This document shows, piece after piece, positions 42,840 to 53,196 of a stretch of 64,000 bases of DNA. Both the position numbers and the translations under genes were made by a program. The notes below the pieces were generated by a model. That model worked only from the letters and a program-made list of their open reading frames with translations, did not search any database and was not told the origin of the DNA. This stretch comes from a virus (Duplodnaviria > Caudoviricetes), in IMG/VR virus record IMGVR_UViG_3300032308_001355, positions 369 through 64,368 of that record. One strand, written 5' to 3'. Position 1 is the stretch's first letter. Every line of letters begins with the position of its first letter.

Positions 42840-45410
42840 CTACGTATTTGATTGAGCGTAGTAGACGGCTACCGTAGTTCCTAAAAGAAGCTCATCATTT
42901 AGGGCCTCACTAGCAAGTCTTGTACTGAATACTTTGTAATTTTTGTAATAATGGCTTCGGCTAGCATCAGCCACACCTTCCCAAATAAAATCTGTAGACT
43001 CACTAGAACCAACATCCCCATCAAAAAAAGGTAACGCAAAAGATTCTCTTTCAAACAAAGCAGATTCAAAGTTAAATGTATTTCCAACACTTGTAGCAAG
43101 AGAAATATGTACAGTTGCGTAAGATGCATCTTCAGGAGAGGCAGCGGTAATATAATTTCTATCCCAGGCGGTTCCTGTTAATAAACTAGAAACTGTAAAT
43201 GTATCACCAACTGATGTGCTGATAAGTGTGTTTGTATCGTCATACCATTTGATAGACAAAGTTACGTTATCATTGATAGTAGTTCCTTTAGAGTACACAC
43301 TAAAAGTATAATCAGCGTTTGAATAGTGGACTGGAATTTGTTGACTTGTTGTTGAGCCATCCCATGAGTCAATAGATACAGAACTTGATGTAGGTATGAC
43401 TTTAAGTACGCTTCCATTTTCAAAAAAAGTACCATTTACCGCTGTTCTAGGTGCTGTGGTAGAGCCCCCTGTATCAAAAGTTATATATGAATTTGCTGGA
43501 GACGCTGCCCCTTGCCAACTTAAAACCTCATACACACCGTTAGTAATACCAGTAACCCCAGAAACGTAAACGTAAGCTCCTTGAACAATATCGCTTGAAT
43601 ATAAAGACTCTAAAGTTGCAGTTCCAGAGTCTAAAGATAAATATGTAGTGTTGTATATAGTTGTTGTAGGAGGCGCTACATCTTCTACTATATCAAATGT
43701 AGCACCTGTTACTTCCCAAGGCTCAGGTAGTAGTGACATGTTAAGTTTAAAGTGTGGATTAGTTAACTCATTAATACGAGTAGCCTTCAATATAACATTA
43801 ATTTGACGCGCCTCTTCAAAAGAAGTTGCCGCAGAAACTTGTTCAAATTGTGCTGCGTCAAAGTAGTGCCACTCATTGCTTGCTGAGCCAGCGGCCGCAG
43901 CAATAGATATTGTTGGAACAGCGTAGTAAGCATCTGCAGGTGCTGTCTTGTTTTCTACTTTTATTCTAACTGTAAACTGTCCAGTTAAGTTAGAAGTTGC
44001 TGAACCATTGCTTGATGAAAGATATACGCCAAAACGGTTATACCAATCAATCCCCACGGTTACGTTTCTAGCAGAAACATCACCAGAGGAGTAAACACTA
44101 AAACTATAGACTTGTCCCGCAGTAACTGGGATTCCCTTTAAAACAGCATTGTCGTAACCGCACTGTATCTTAACTGTTCCGCTAGGTGTTTTAGAGTTTT
44201 TTACAGAAAGAATTCCCTTACGTTTATTTGGGTATAGATTAAGGGAAGTTGGTTCTTGCCAAGCTTTAGGATATGGATAAATAATTGGATACGTGTCTGT
44301 CGTGTTATTAAAAGCATTTACAGTATCAATATTTTCTCCAGTTAAAGCAAAACTAATAGATGTACTTGTCCTTGCAGTAATTGTAACTGGCGTGGTTGTT
44401 TTATTAAATAATGGGAATGAACACCCACTAATATAAACTTTGTTTCCTACTTGATAATTATGTGGCTCAACAGTTAACGTTGCTACGTTACTTAATAATT
44501 GTAGTGCTTTAATGCGTCTTTCTGTTAAGGAAAACAGAGAGGCGCTACTGTCTGGTGTTGCCCAGTGGCCCACACCCTCTTCAAATGAAGAGTCGTTGTA
44601 ATCAAGCATTATATTTTTACCAATACTAAATCCATCAATTGGCGGGTTTGGGCTTGAAGACGTGGTAGAAATTGCATAACCGCTATAAGATTTAATAAAT
44701 TCCATCAAACCCGCTGCTGCGCCCTTTTCTTTATAGCTAATAGCAGAGTTTTGTAAAAGAACACGTTCTTGTTGATACCCAATTTCAGGCTCATGGGCTA
44801 AACCAAATTGTTGCATAAATGCTGGTAAAAGCATCCCACCAACTTTTTCAGTGTCATACCTATTTACAAGAAGGTTTGTGTAGGTGTGTATTAAACTTAA
44901 TTGAAACCCAAAAAGTGATAAAAAGTTATATAAATCTTCGTTATAACTTCCAACAAATGGGTCGTTTAAACTATTAACTTTATAGACCTCAGGCAAATAT
45001 TCATACATTAAATCTGTGTATCCATAGTCATATGCCGATAGTGCTGCTGTATTACCTACTCTTTGCCAACGTTTTGTAGCATTTTGAAATACAAATAAAG
45101 AATAGTAGTAAAACGTATTGTAAGCAATATTTTCTGTATCATCAAAGATAGTAGGGTCTGTTTCTTTAAAAGCGTAGTATGTATCATCGTTTCCAATATC
45201 TAACTCAACGCCATCCCATGGGTTTACAGGGTATCCATATGTATTCCTTGTTAATTTAATCTTAGACCAATTACCTGCTGGACTAGTCCACCTAACGTTA
45301 ATGGAACCAAACGTTTTAGGTACAGCTTTAAAGTTTAAAGCTGTAAAGAAAGAAACATTAGGCGCACCATAGTACGCCAGCTCATAATAATTAGAACCAT
45401 AACGTGACAT
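42840..45410 (-). CDS. baseplate wedge/tail protein (P2 gpI/T4 gp7-like) with carbohydrate-binding-like domains
   Basis: YLPEVY, FL.LFG, YKEKG motif, repeated jelly-roll segments; follows baseplate J. Confidence 0.8.
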   Translation of the reverse strand: MSRYGSNYYELAYYGAPNVSFFTALNFKAVPKTFGSINVRWTSPAGNWSKIKLTRNTYGYPVNPWDGVELDIGNDDTYYAFKETDPTIFDDTENIAYNTFYYYSLFVFQNATKRWQRVGNTAALSAYDYGYTDLMYEYLPEVYKVNSLNDPFVGSYNEDLYNFLSLFGFQLSLIHTYTNLLVNRYDTEKVGGMLLPAFMQQFGLAHEPEIGYQQERVLLQNSAISYKEKGAAAGLMEFIKSYSGYAISTTSSSPNPPIDGFSIGKNIMLDYNDSSFEEGVGHWATPDSSASLFSLTERRIKALQLLSNVATLTVEPHNYQVGNKVYISGCSFPLFNKTTTPVTITARTSTSISFALTGENIDTVNAFNNTTDTYPIIYPYPKAWQEPTSLNLYPNKRKGILSVKNSKTPSGTVKIQCGYDNAVLKGIPVTAGQVYSFSVYSSGDVSARNVTVGIDWYNRFGVYLSSSNGSATSNLTGQFTVRIKVENKTAPADAYYAVPTISIAAAAGSASNEWHYFDAAQFEQVSAATSFEEARQINVILKATRINELTNPHFKLNMSLLPEPWEVTGATFDIVEDVAPPTTTIYNTTYLSLDSGTATLESLYSSDIVQGAYVYVSGVTGITNGVYEVLSWQGAASPANSYITFDTGGSTTAPRTAVNGTFFENGSVLKVIPTSSSVSIDSWDGSTTSQQIPVHYSNADYTFSVYSKGTTINDNVTLSIKWYDDTNTLISTSVGDTFTVSSLLTGTAWDRNYITAASPEDASYATVHISLATSVGNTFNFESALFERESFALPFFDGDVGSSESTDFIWEGVADASRSHYYKNYKVFSTRLASEALNDELLLGTTVAVYYAQSNT

Positions 45411-45412
45411 TA

Positions 45413-47125
45413 TTAAACAATACCTCCATTATATGAAATAGTAGAGGATTTTAACTCAGGTATTTCATTTGGTTCACAGATAATGTCTTTTACGTTTAAT
45501 ACAGTTACCGCACCACTAGATACCGCTGCGGAGTTTACGTTTGTAGCTACACTTGTATAGCTAATTGTATTTGAAGTAACCTCATTAACAACAAATGTTC
45601 CATCAAATTCGGTTCCTATGCTAGAAACAAAAATAGTCTGACCAACTGTTATATTATGTGTTGCTGTAGTGGTTAGTGTTGCTTTATTACTTAGTAACAC
45701 TTTGTTATTAACAAAAAAACTTTGGTCTTGGTCGTCTCTAACTAATTTAAGTATTTTTACCGAAGCAACTCCGTAAATAGAAGTAATTGCATTAAATACA
45801 TCATGGACATATATAGTGTCTTGAAAAGCAACGTTATCTAATGCAAATAAAGCAGAAACAGCTGAATCTGTTTGTAATGTTACATTGTATTGATTAAATT
45901 TAGGTAAAACAACTACTTGAGCAATTAAATTTACGCCTACGTATGAGGCTGGTTGGTAAGTTACAGTTGTATTTGCTGGTATTTTATCTTTTAAATAAGT
46001 TTTAATTGTTGGTATGCTGTTTGTAAATACTGTTGACGGTGTAGTTCCATTTTCCAAAACGCCTTTATCACCATAAGGAACAAAAAATACAGTTACGCTT
46101 GTATAAACATCAGCTACTGCAGATGCTTTAGACATTCCTGATGCTTTTACTAAAGCTGCGTAGTCTGATAGAGATACGGCCCTGTTTATTGTTCTTAAGC
46201 TAAGTGGGGCATTAATTCTAATAGAGTCTGTAGATTCTGAATCAGTGCCACCTCTTGCGGAACCGTCATCTTCTGGATTTCCATAAGATGTGTTTAGTAC
46301 GCTTAGTCCAACTTGATTGTTTGTAAGAATTGTTTTAATGCTTCCCGCGGCTACGTTTCCAACAATACCTCCACCTACACGGTAAGTTGCATAAATAACG
46401 GAAGAATTTGTAGGTATACGTCCGCTGATTCCGTCACCAAACAACACATAAGAAGTGCCCTCCGCGTTGGTATAAACAGAGAACACAGCATCATATCCGT
46501 TATAGTCAATAAGGTAGGGTACTTGTGTGTATGATGTGTTACCAGAAGTGATAGTAATGCTATTGTTAATTACAGAGGTGCTTGATAGCTTGTAAACTTG
46601 GTTTAGTTGACCGCTACTTGTTCCAATAACTTCATTTGTTATTGTCGTTCCCTGTGTAGCCGCAACTTGGGCAGAGCCATTAACAGCACCAACTTTAGCT
46701 GGAATAGTAGCAACAGCATCTGTTTCAAAAATAATTTGAACGTTAGAGCCACTAGCTACAGAGCTGGTTGATACTTGTGTTTTTGCTGGAACCGTTATTG
46801 GTGAAGCGGTTGAGTTGTAGAATGTCAAAGTTACTTTTGCTCCAGTGTTTTCTACAGGCTTGTACCCTAACAATCTTGAAATTTGTAATACGCTGTCTCG
46901 TTGGCTAGCTGTACCAATAAAAGCTTCGTTTGCTGAACGGTCAACATAATAGTTTAGTAGGTCTCCCATGTAAGCAAACAACTCAAGCATAGTCATACCA
47001 AAATCTGACGGCTCTCGGTTTGTCCACTTAGGGGCGTAATCAGGAATAAGAGAAATCATGTCATCTCTGAGGCTCGTGTAATCACGAGATGTATAATCAA
47101 CCTGTGGTATGTATTTATCGGCCAT
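45413..47125 (-). CDS. baseplate J / gp6-like wedge protein
   Basis: DYTSRDY, SDFG..MLE, FGDG..G.IP, GG.D.ES, RAVS..DY. Confidence 0.93.
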   Translation of the reverse strand: MADKYIPQVDYTSRDYTSLRDDMISLIPDYAPKWTNREPSDFGMTMLELFAYMGDLLNYYVDRSANEAFIGTASQRDSVLQISRLLGYKPVENTGAKVTLTFYNSTASPITVPAKTQVSTSSVASGSNVQIIFETDAVATIPAKVGAVNGSAQVAATQGTTITNEVIGTSSGQLNQVYKLSSTSVINNSITITSGNTSYTQVPYLIDYNGYDAVFSVYTNAEGTSYVLFGDGISGRIPTNSSVIYATYRVGGGIVGNVAAGSIKTILTNNQVGLSVLNTSYGNPEDDGSARGGTDSESTDSIRINAPLSLRTINRAVSLSDYAALVKASGMSKASAVADVYTSVTVFFVPYGDKGVLENGTTPSTVFTNSIPTIKTYLKDKIPANTTVTYQPASYVGVNLIAQVVVLPKFNQYNVTLQTDSAVSALFALDNVAFQDTIYVHDVFNAITSIYGVASVKILKLVRDDQDQSFFVNNKVLLSNKATLTTTATHNITVGQTIFVSSIGTEFDGTFVVNEVTSNTISYTSVATNVNSAAVSSGAVTVLNVKDIICEPNEIPELKSSTISYNGGIV

Positions 47126-47528
47126 TTGGAGCCACCTCTCGAATAATATCTCCGCTCCTGCTTAGAACGGCTGTTTTAATACTTACGGTTTGCGTTTGGT
47201 TTTGAGACCTATAATTGTACTTTATCTGGACAATAAGATGGTCATCGTAAGGGTCTACGTACCCAGTAACATCTAAAAGAGTCAAGGATTGAAGCCATCG
47301 ACTGAAGGCAACTGACACGCTTTGTCTAATAAGAGAGATTGCGTCATTAACATTTTCCCCAGATGTCTTAGGGGCATCACTACCAAAAGTAGGGCGCATA
47401 ATGCGCTCTCCAATACTGGTCATAACAGCAATGATTACGCGGTCTTGCCAAATTTTAGCTGGGTCTTCTGTGTAAGCAATAGAACCGCTGCTATCAAAGT
47501 TAAATGGCAAAGATATAGCTCTACTCAC
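47115..47528 (-). CDS. baseplate W / gp25-like
   Basis: ISLPF, T..GERIMRPTFGS. Confidence 0.92.
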   Translation of the reverse strand: MSRAISLPFNFDSSGSIAYTEDPAKIWQDRVIIAVMTSIGERIMRPTFGSDAPKTSGENVNDAISLIRQSVSVAFSRWLQSLTLLDVTGYVDPYDDHLIVQIKYNYRSQNQTQTVSIKTAVLSRSGDIIREVAPNGR

Positions 47529-47767
47529 GGCATTACTCCAATCCACACGGGAAAGTTAGGGTCTCCTGCTATAAACATAACCCAAACTATTTGTTCTACT
47601 TCTGGTACTTCAGTTGAACCAGGTGACATGCATGGGTACACCCAGTCCGTTACAGAGCTACCAAGCACTTGAGGTACTTGAACCCTAATCTTATACGATA
47701 AAGAGGGGTCTTGGTTATCTATGCAAATAGCCTGGTAAATTCCATAAAATCTTTTATCAAAACTCAT
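47525..47767 (-). CDS. gp5/gpV spike N-terminal OB-fold only
   Basis: YG.Y......DP....I.V.VP, W, P.V...VWV.F..GDP..P.W.G. Confidence 0.85.
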   Translation of the reverse strand: MSFDKRFYGIYQAICIDNQDPSLSYKIRVQVPQVLGSSVTDWVYPCMSPGSTEVPEVEQIVWVMFIAGDPNFPVWIGVMP

Positions 47768-49107
47768 AGTAAACCCAGCTTGCTGTACATTCGGTCAATA
47801 ATAAATTGAGGTTTTTTCTTTTCATAAATTATAGAATCAAGGATTGGGGTGTCTGTTTGCCACATAGATGGAGAGTTAGACCTTCCATTAATGCTTGGCT
47901 TTGCTCTATTCTGCGGATTACCAAAACTTCCTGTATTAGAAACGCTATCGTACCTTACTTTTTTGTTTAAGATAGTTTTTGGTAAAACTTTGGTTTGTAA
48001 CACGTTTGGGATAATAGTTCGTTTAGGTAAATATTCTGGAGATGTAACCGTTCTATTATCAATCCATTGACCCGAAGAGCCTAAAGAATCTGTTCCCACT
48101 ACAAGAGTAGTTGTATACCTTTGTCGGTTCAACTCTTCTTCAACAATAGTATGGTGAGCTTCTAAAATAATCCAATACCCTGTGTAAGGGTCTCCGATTC
48201 CATCTAAATACACTGGCATATCTGGGTGAAGGTTAGGGTTTCCTAAAACCTCTACTACACCACGATACGGGAAGTAGTTTCTATTTTCAGCTGCTTCCGC
48301 TTCAAATGTTGCTATTTGAATGTCTGGAGCAACTACGTTTGTTTCAAAAATATCAAAAAACTCTGTTTGTTGTTTAACTCTAGTTTTTTTATTACGAATC
48401 TGTTGCGTAATAGAAACAGGTGTAGAATTAGTGATATCAATTCCATTTACAGCAATAGCCCCCTTTGTTGCATCCTCATAGGGCACAGACTCTCCAATAG
48501 TAGGGTTAAATGAATAAATAGTTGAGCCCTGTGGGTCTCCTGCTTGTCTAAGGGTAAATCTGTGGGCTTCTTCTCGTTTATTTGTATATTCATACATAAC
48601 TGGTTCAAAGTAAAGTTCTGTATTTGTAGCACGCAGGGTGTAACCATTTTGTTTAGCAAGCCTAACCATAAGCTCCCAGTCCGTGTGCCCAGCCTGAGCT
48701 ATTTGAGGATAAACTCTTTGAGTAGGTACGGTATAGCATGCAAAGTTGTACTTAAAAGCAATTTGTTTTACAACTTGGTCAGCGGTTGAGTTTAAATACA
48801 CTTGCTGAGCTTGCTGTTTCATAGGAAAAGAAGCACCTATAATTGTAACTTCTGTAAAGTTTTTACCAGGGGTTCTGTCTAAGTTAATGTGGTGCACGTA
48901 TCCATATATTTCTTTCTTTTCGTGCAGCCCGTTAACAATTAAACGTACAGGAGAGCCTGCTTTAACAACGTCATATTGAACACCCCAGTCTTTAAAATAT
49001 AAACAAATAAGTTCATGCGCATAGCGTTTTTGATAAATATTTGCTTTATATACAACCTGTGGTTGAATAGTTGTTTCTGGAAAGTCTACAGATATATAAT
49101 TAAACAT
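47764..49107 (-). CDS. baseplate hub (gp27/gpD-like)
   Basis: Q.G.TDW....LA...G, G.P.L.P...V.L.G....Y.G.W. Confidence 0.85.
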   Translation of the reverse strand: MFNYISVDFPETTIQPQVVYKANIYQKRYAHELICLYFKDWGVQYDVVKAGSPVRLIVNGLHEKKEIYGYVHHINLDRTPGKNFTEVTIIGASFPMKQQAQQVYLNSTADQVVKQIAFKYNFACYTVPTQRVYPQIAQAGHTDWELMVRLAKQNGYTLRATNTELYFEPVMYEYTNKREEAHRFTLRQAGDPQGSTIYSFNPTIGESVPYEDATKGAIAVNGIDITNSTPVSITQQIRNKKTRVKQQTEFFDIFETNVVAPDIQIATFEAEAAENRNYFPYRGVVEVLGNPNLHPDMPVYLDGIGDPYTGYWIILEAHHTIVEEELNRQRYTTTLVVGTDSLGSSGQWIDNRTVTSPEYLPKRTIIPNVLQTKVLPKTILNKKVRYDSVSNTGSFGNPQNRAKPSINGRSNSPSMWQTDTPILDSIIYEKKKPQFIIDRMYSKLGLL

Positions 49108-49381
49108 TAGGTATCTTTAACACCGTTCCAGGGGTAATATTATTAATATTAGATATATTTGGATTATATTCTGGAATAATCCACCAATACTCTGGACGAC
49201 TATAGTACTTAAAAGCAATTTCTTCTAATCGTTCGCCACTACGATATACGTGTTCCCAGTAGTTAGTTAATCCTAAATTAGAAAACTGATATAAAACGTA
49301 TGGTTTTTCAGAACCATCACGTTTTGTTGTAAAGTAATCCACCGTAGAGTACTCATATCTAGAACCTTTATAAATAGACAT
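49100..49381 (-). CDS. LysM-like baseplate protein (gp53/gpX-like)
   Basis: GERLE.IA..YY.....WW.I...NP.......PGT.LKIP. Confidence 0.88.
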   Translation of the reverse strand: MSIYKGSRYEYSTVDYFTTKRDGSEKPYVLYQFSNLGLTNYWEHVYRSGERLEEIAFKYYSRPEYWWIIPEYNPNISNINNITPGTVLKIPNV

Positions 49382-49382
49382 A

Positions 49383-50441
49383 TTAAACTCCTGACGTTAA
49401 ACCAGAGCCAGAGAAGCACTGGATAGAAATTGATACTTCAGTTCTAATAGGTACCATGTTTTCTGTAAATGCTGTGTGGTTAATTCCCATATTAGATACC
49501 CAACCAACGTAAGAAAGATTATTTAAAGTAGGACCAAGCTGGATTCCTAAAAGGGTTGGCGCTAGGTACCCTATATTGGCTGTTTTTTTACCTAGCAAAT
49601 TAGTCCATTGCAGTGAGCCGTTACCGCTACCATTAATTGCTTTAAATAGATACTCTAAGTCGGCCATAGTGCCTTGCGCCATCAAAGCGGTTATTTGTTC
49701 AGGCATGCTTTGGCTAGTGTCAGCTCCTGGATACAAAGAATTATAATATGCAACAAATTTGCTATATTCGCTAATACTTGATGCTGCACGAATGCATGCA
49801 AAATCATTTGTTCTATCTATAACAATGTTAAGAGATACTGTTTCTTGACCAGGAAAAACACCAGCTACTACGCGCAAAGTGTCTGCGCTAGACGGTGTGA
49901 TGTCCATATTTCTTGAAACGTTTGTGTTGATAGATGTAGGGTTCCACAGAAACTGAAAACCCCAGTTAGTATCAATTAAATTCAAAGCCGTGCTAGATGT
50001 TCCTGTATTGGTAGTTTGTGATGTAGATGCGGATGTGCTACCAGTAATATTGTTTGCCCCAGCCCAGTACCATATACGACCACGACGTAACCCATGAAAA
50101 GAAGAATCTGAAGTTTGCCCTACTAAATCAGGGTCTACCGTCGCTGGTCTTAAAGGAAGACTCCAGTCATGTGGCGGCAAGTTAAACTTGTAACCAATGG
50201 GTTGAGTTGTTCCTATTTGATTTGCTGGTGATGTACTAGAAGAAGGGACTTTTAAAGCATCCGCCAAAGTAGCATCTGATACGGATACCACACCTACGGC
50301 AGTGTTTGCCGTAGCATTTAAAACTTCAGTTGTATTTGTAGTTAGTGAAGCTAATCTAGTTGTAGCGGTTGTGCTGGAGGAGGCTACATTCACAGAAGAG
50401 TTGGTAGATACTAAATCATTTGTATTAGAAAGGGTTACCAT
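49383..50441 (-). CDS. tail tube initiator-like baseplate protein
   Basis: GFQFLWNP.SI, H..F...MVP; position after tape measure. Confidence 0.7.
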   Translation of the reverse strand: MVTLSNTNDLVSTNSSVNVASSSTTATTRLASLTTNTTEVLNATANTAVGVVSVSDATLADALKVPSSSTSPANQIGTTQPIGYKFNLPPHDWSLPLRPATVDPDLVGQTSDSSFHGLRRGRIWYWAGANNITGSTSASTSQTTNTGTSSTALNLIDTNWGFQFLWNPTSINTNVSRNMDITPSSADTLRVVAGVFPGQETVSLNIVIDRTNDFACIRAASSISEYSKFVAYYNSLYPGADTSQSMPEQITALMAQGTMADLEYLFKAINGSGNGSLQWTNLLGKKTANIGYLAPTLLGIQLGPTLNNLSYVGWVSNMGINHTAFTENMVPIRTEVSISIQCFSGSGLTSGV

Positions 50442-52231
50442 TATGACTCACTCACTTTCTTATTAGTTTCAATTTGAACAAGAACATTTTTAATTTCTGT
50501 AACTAAATCTTGCGTATTACCACTAGGCGCATTGATTGTAAAGTTATAGGTAGTGGCGCCAGATGTTAATTTGTCATTTGAAACTATTGTTCCATTACTA
50601 TTTGGAATAAATAACTCTGGTCCTACCTCTCCAACAATGTAAGGAGAGTTTGCTGACACGGGACCGCCACTAGCCATACCAGGCAACACACCCAACAAAG
50701 AGCTAAGGTTAAAGGCTTTAAATACCCCCTCTAATGCTGTAACTATTGCAGATGACGGGGTAGATATAAAATCAAGTGTTCCTTTTATAGCAGGCAATAT
50801 ATTTGCAGCGCCTGTTGCTAATAGAGCAGACGCTGGGTTTCCTCCAAAAGCAGTTAAAAGTGTATCTCCAAATGATTTTGCAAAACTAAGGGCTGTTGCA
50901 ACCCCTACGTTTTCATAATATTTAGTAATTTGTGTGTTTGCCCCCATAAAACCTGCAGCAGACTCTCCTTGAGCTCCAACTAAAAACCCTTGACCAGCGG
51001 CAGCGGTTGAGGAGTAGGAAAGCATTGCTGATGTAGTTCCTCCAAGCTCTGTTACACCACCTTTAATAGCACCAGCTCCGAGACTTCCTCCTTGAGCTTT
51101 GTAGATAAGACCATTTGCTACTAATTGTTTAAGCATAGGGTCATTTCCAAAGTACATATTAAGCATTGAGTCTAAAGAGTTACCTGGTTGTAAAGCTATT
51201 TGTACCTCATTTAGTGAAGGGGTTTTACCACCACCATATGCTTGTGAATAATCTCTAGAAATCTTTTTCCACACCTGGTCAATAACCTCATCGGGTCCTT
51301 TAAGCTGTCCTGTGATTGGGTCACGTAATTGAATACCAATGCCTCGTAACATATTTACGTTAGAAGCTTGTTGCATAGACCCAGTAGCACGAATAGCGCC
51401 TTCAACACCAATACCAGGCATTAAATTAGATACGTTTGCCGCACTTTTTAAAAGTGAGTTTACGCTAGAACCTAATCCATAGCTTTGAGCGGCAATTTGC
51501 GCTCTCATAACATCCATCTGTGGATTGTCACCACTTAGCATGGCCGCCTGAGCTACAGATTGTTGCGAGGCCTGTATATTACCAATTCCCGATTTACCAC
51601 CACCTGTATAAAAAGAAGCCCTTTGCTGTAATAGTTGTGATTCAAGAATATCTGAGGTAGATGGTGTTAAATTAGAAGCTGTGTTATATATTGCGTAACC
51701 AGCACCAATAGCCGTTCCGACTAAAGGAATATTAGAAAGACCTAGGTACGAGCCAGAACCAGCTCCTCCAGCTCCGCTAGTACCACCAGAGCCTGTATTA
51801 AAGTTATTTCTACCCCCAGAGCCGCCACCAGAACCTCCACCAAGGTTTCCGCCATATCCCGATACTCCAACTGAACCACGTTCTGGTTGATATAGGGTAG
51901 CAGCGCCTGTTTGAGAAGCATAAATACTTAAATTAGTAGCACCCCTAGCTACAAGTGAACTAGAAGGACCAGAAGGACCAGAGGCTACTAGACCGCTACC
52001 CGTTTGAGTAAGGGAACTAACTGGAGGTGCATTGAATACTGGGTTAGGTGCGACCAACATGTTAGATGCGCCCGCATTTTGGCCCCCAACAGAAGAAGTT
52101 TTAGATATACCAGAAGTTATTCTTTGAAAAGCGTTATCGGTAGTTTGACCCAATAAAGAAATGACTGATTTGAGCTCACTTATAATACTGCTACTACGTG
52201 ACCCCATGTTCATTGATTCTCTACTTGCCAC
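50441..52231 (-). CDS. tape measure protein
   Basis: Gly/Ala/Ser-rich helical, C-terminal ASGGPV...VGE.GPELF.P. Confidence 0.85.
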   Translation of the reverse strand: MASRESMNMGSRSSSIISELKSVISLLGQTTDNAFQRITSGISKTSSVGGQNAGASNMLVAPNPVFNAPPVSSLTQTGSGLVASGPSGPSSSLVARGATNLSIYASQTGAATLYQPERGSVGVSGYGGNLGGGSGGGSGGRNNFNTGSGGTSGAGGAGSGSYLGLSNIPLVGTAIGAGYAIYNTASNLTPSTSDILESQLLQQRASFYTGGGKSGIGNIQASQQSVAQAAMLSGDNPQMDVMRAQIAAQSYGLGSSVNSLLKSAANVSNLMPGIGVEGAIRATGSMQQASNVNMLRGIGIQLRDPITGQLKGPDEVIDQVWKKISRDYSQAYGGGKTPSLNEVQIALQPGNSLDSMLNMYFGNDPMLKQLVANGLIYKAQGGSLGAGAIKGGVTELGGTTSAMLSYSSTAAAGQGFLVGAQGESAAGFMGANTQITKYYENVGVATALSFAKSFGDTLLTAFGGNPASALLATGAANILPAIKGTLDFISTPSSAIVTALEGVFKAFNLSSLLGVLPGMASGGPVSANSPYIVGEVGPELFIPNSNGTIVSNDKLTSGATTYNFTINAPSGNTQDLVTEIKNVLVQIETNKKVSES

Positions 52232-52234
52232 TGG

Positions 52235-52388
52235 CTACCTCCTTGCTTTACGTTGACTTCGTTCAATCCAATTACTTCGTTCCCTAACCGATAGTCCTTT
52301 GATATCAGCTAATGTCCACCCAGTAAATATTCTTGTTAAAACCTCATACTGGTCTAAAAGGTTTTCGTAAGCTCCGTCTTCATAGGCG
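52235..52388 (-). CDS. tail assembly chaperone C-terminal extension (probable frameshift product)
   Basis: GWTL.DI..L..RER..W motif; no convincing independent start. Confidence 0.65.
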
Positions 52389-53174
52389 AAACAAATCGAG
52401 AAGGCTAAGTGGAAGAGAAATATCTTCTCCACATGCCCTGCAAACCTTCTTCACCTCCCCAAGGCGTGGTCCTGGGTTACGAGAAATAATTTCCTCTACA
52501 ATTTCTGTTCGGTCAGCCATTCCAAGAGATAATGCTGTTTGAGCACCTATTGATGGGGCATTGTTTACAGATAAAATACAACCAGCTAGAAGCATTGTAT
52601 TAATTTCAGAAGAAGTTTTATCTAAGTTGTCCATGAGTTTTTTCTGAGTAATACCGTTAGGCAAAGATAATTTAATTACACCTTGCTTTGTGTTTACTTC
52701 CCAAACTCGGTCAGAGATTGGGTCATTAAGAACTTTTACTGGAACATCTGTCTCAAGGTCAACATCTGTTGATTGTTCTTCAGAACAAAATGAACAACGA
52801 ACTTTAAGTGGTACGGTTTTTCCAAAAGTAACTTTACGGATACCTAAAAGGATTGCGTCACGGTCTCCCGCTAAAAGCGCGTCTAAGTCATCCTTAGTTA
52901 CGTCTTTGTCTCCAATTTTTATTAAACCCCTTTGTAACAAGATGTTAAGAGATTTAGATGTTGAGCCTGCTTTAGAGATAGCCTCCTCGTCAGCCCCATT
53001 TAATTCTTTAACTTCAGCAGTTTTAACTAGCTCACCGTTTGGCATTATGTAACCAGCTGGTAACTGAACTGTTGACTCAGAAGGTGCCCGAGTGATTATA
53101 GTCTTCTCGGGCTCCTCCATCGCCTTTTGTGCGTACTGTGATACAAGTTCTGCATCTGTAATAATCTGTGTCAC
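52380..53174 (-). CDS. tail assembly chaperone / gp26-like hub assembly protein
   Basis: ELNG.DEE, GDRD.ILL.IR..T.G, two CxxC; between tube and tape measure. Confidence 0.82.
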   Translation of the reverse strand: MTQIITDAELVSQYAQKAMEEPEKTIITRAPSESTVQLPAGYIMPNGELVKTAEVKELNGADEEAISKAGSTSKSLNILLQRGLIKIGDKDVTKDDLDALLAGDRDAILLGIRKVTFGKTVPLKVRCSFCSEEQSTDVDLETDVPVKVLNDPISDRVWEVNTKQGVIKLSLPNGITQKKLMDNLDKTSSEINTMLLAGCILSVNNAPSIGAQTALSLGMADRTEIVEEIISRNPGPRLGEVKKVCRACGEDISLPLSLLDLFRL

Positions 53175-53196
53175 GACTTTTGCTCCTTTAGTTTAA

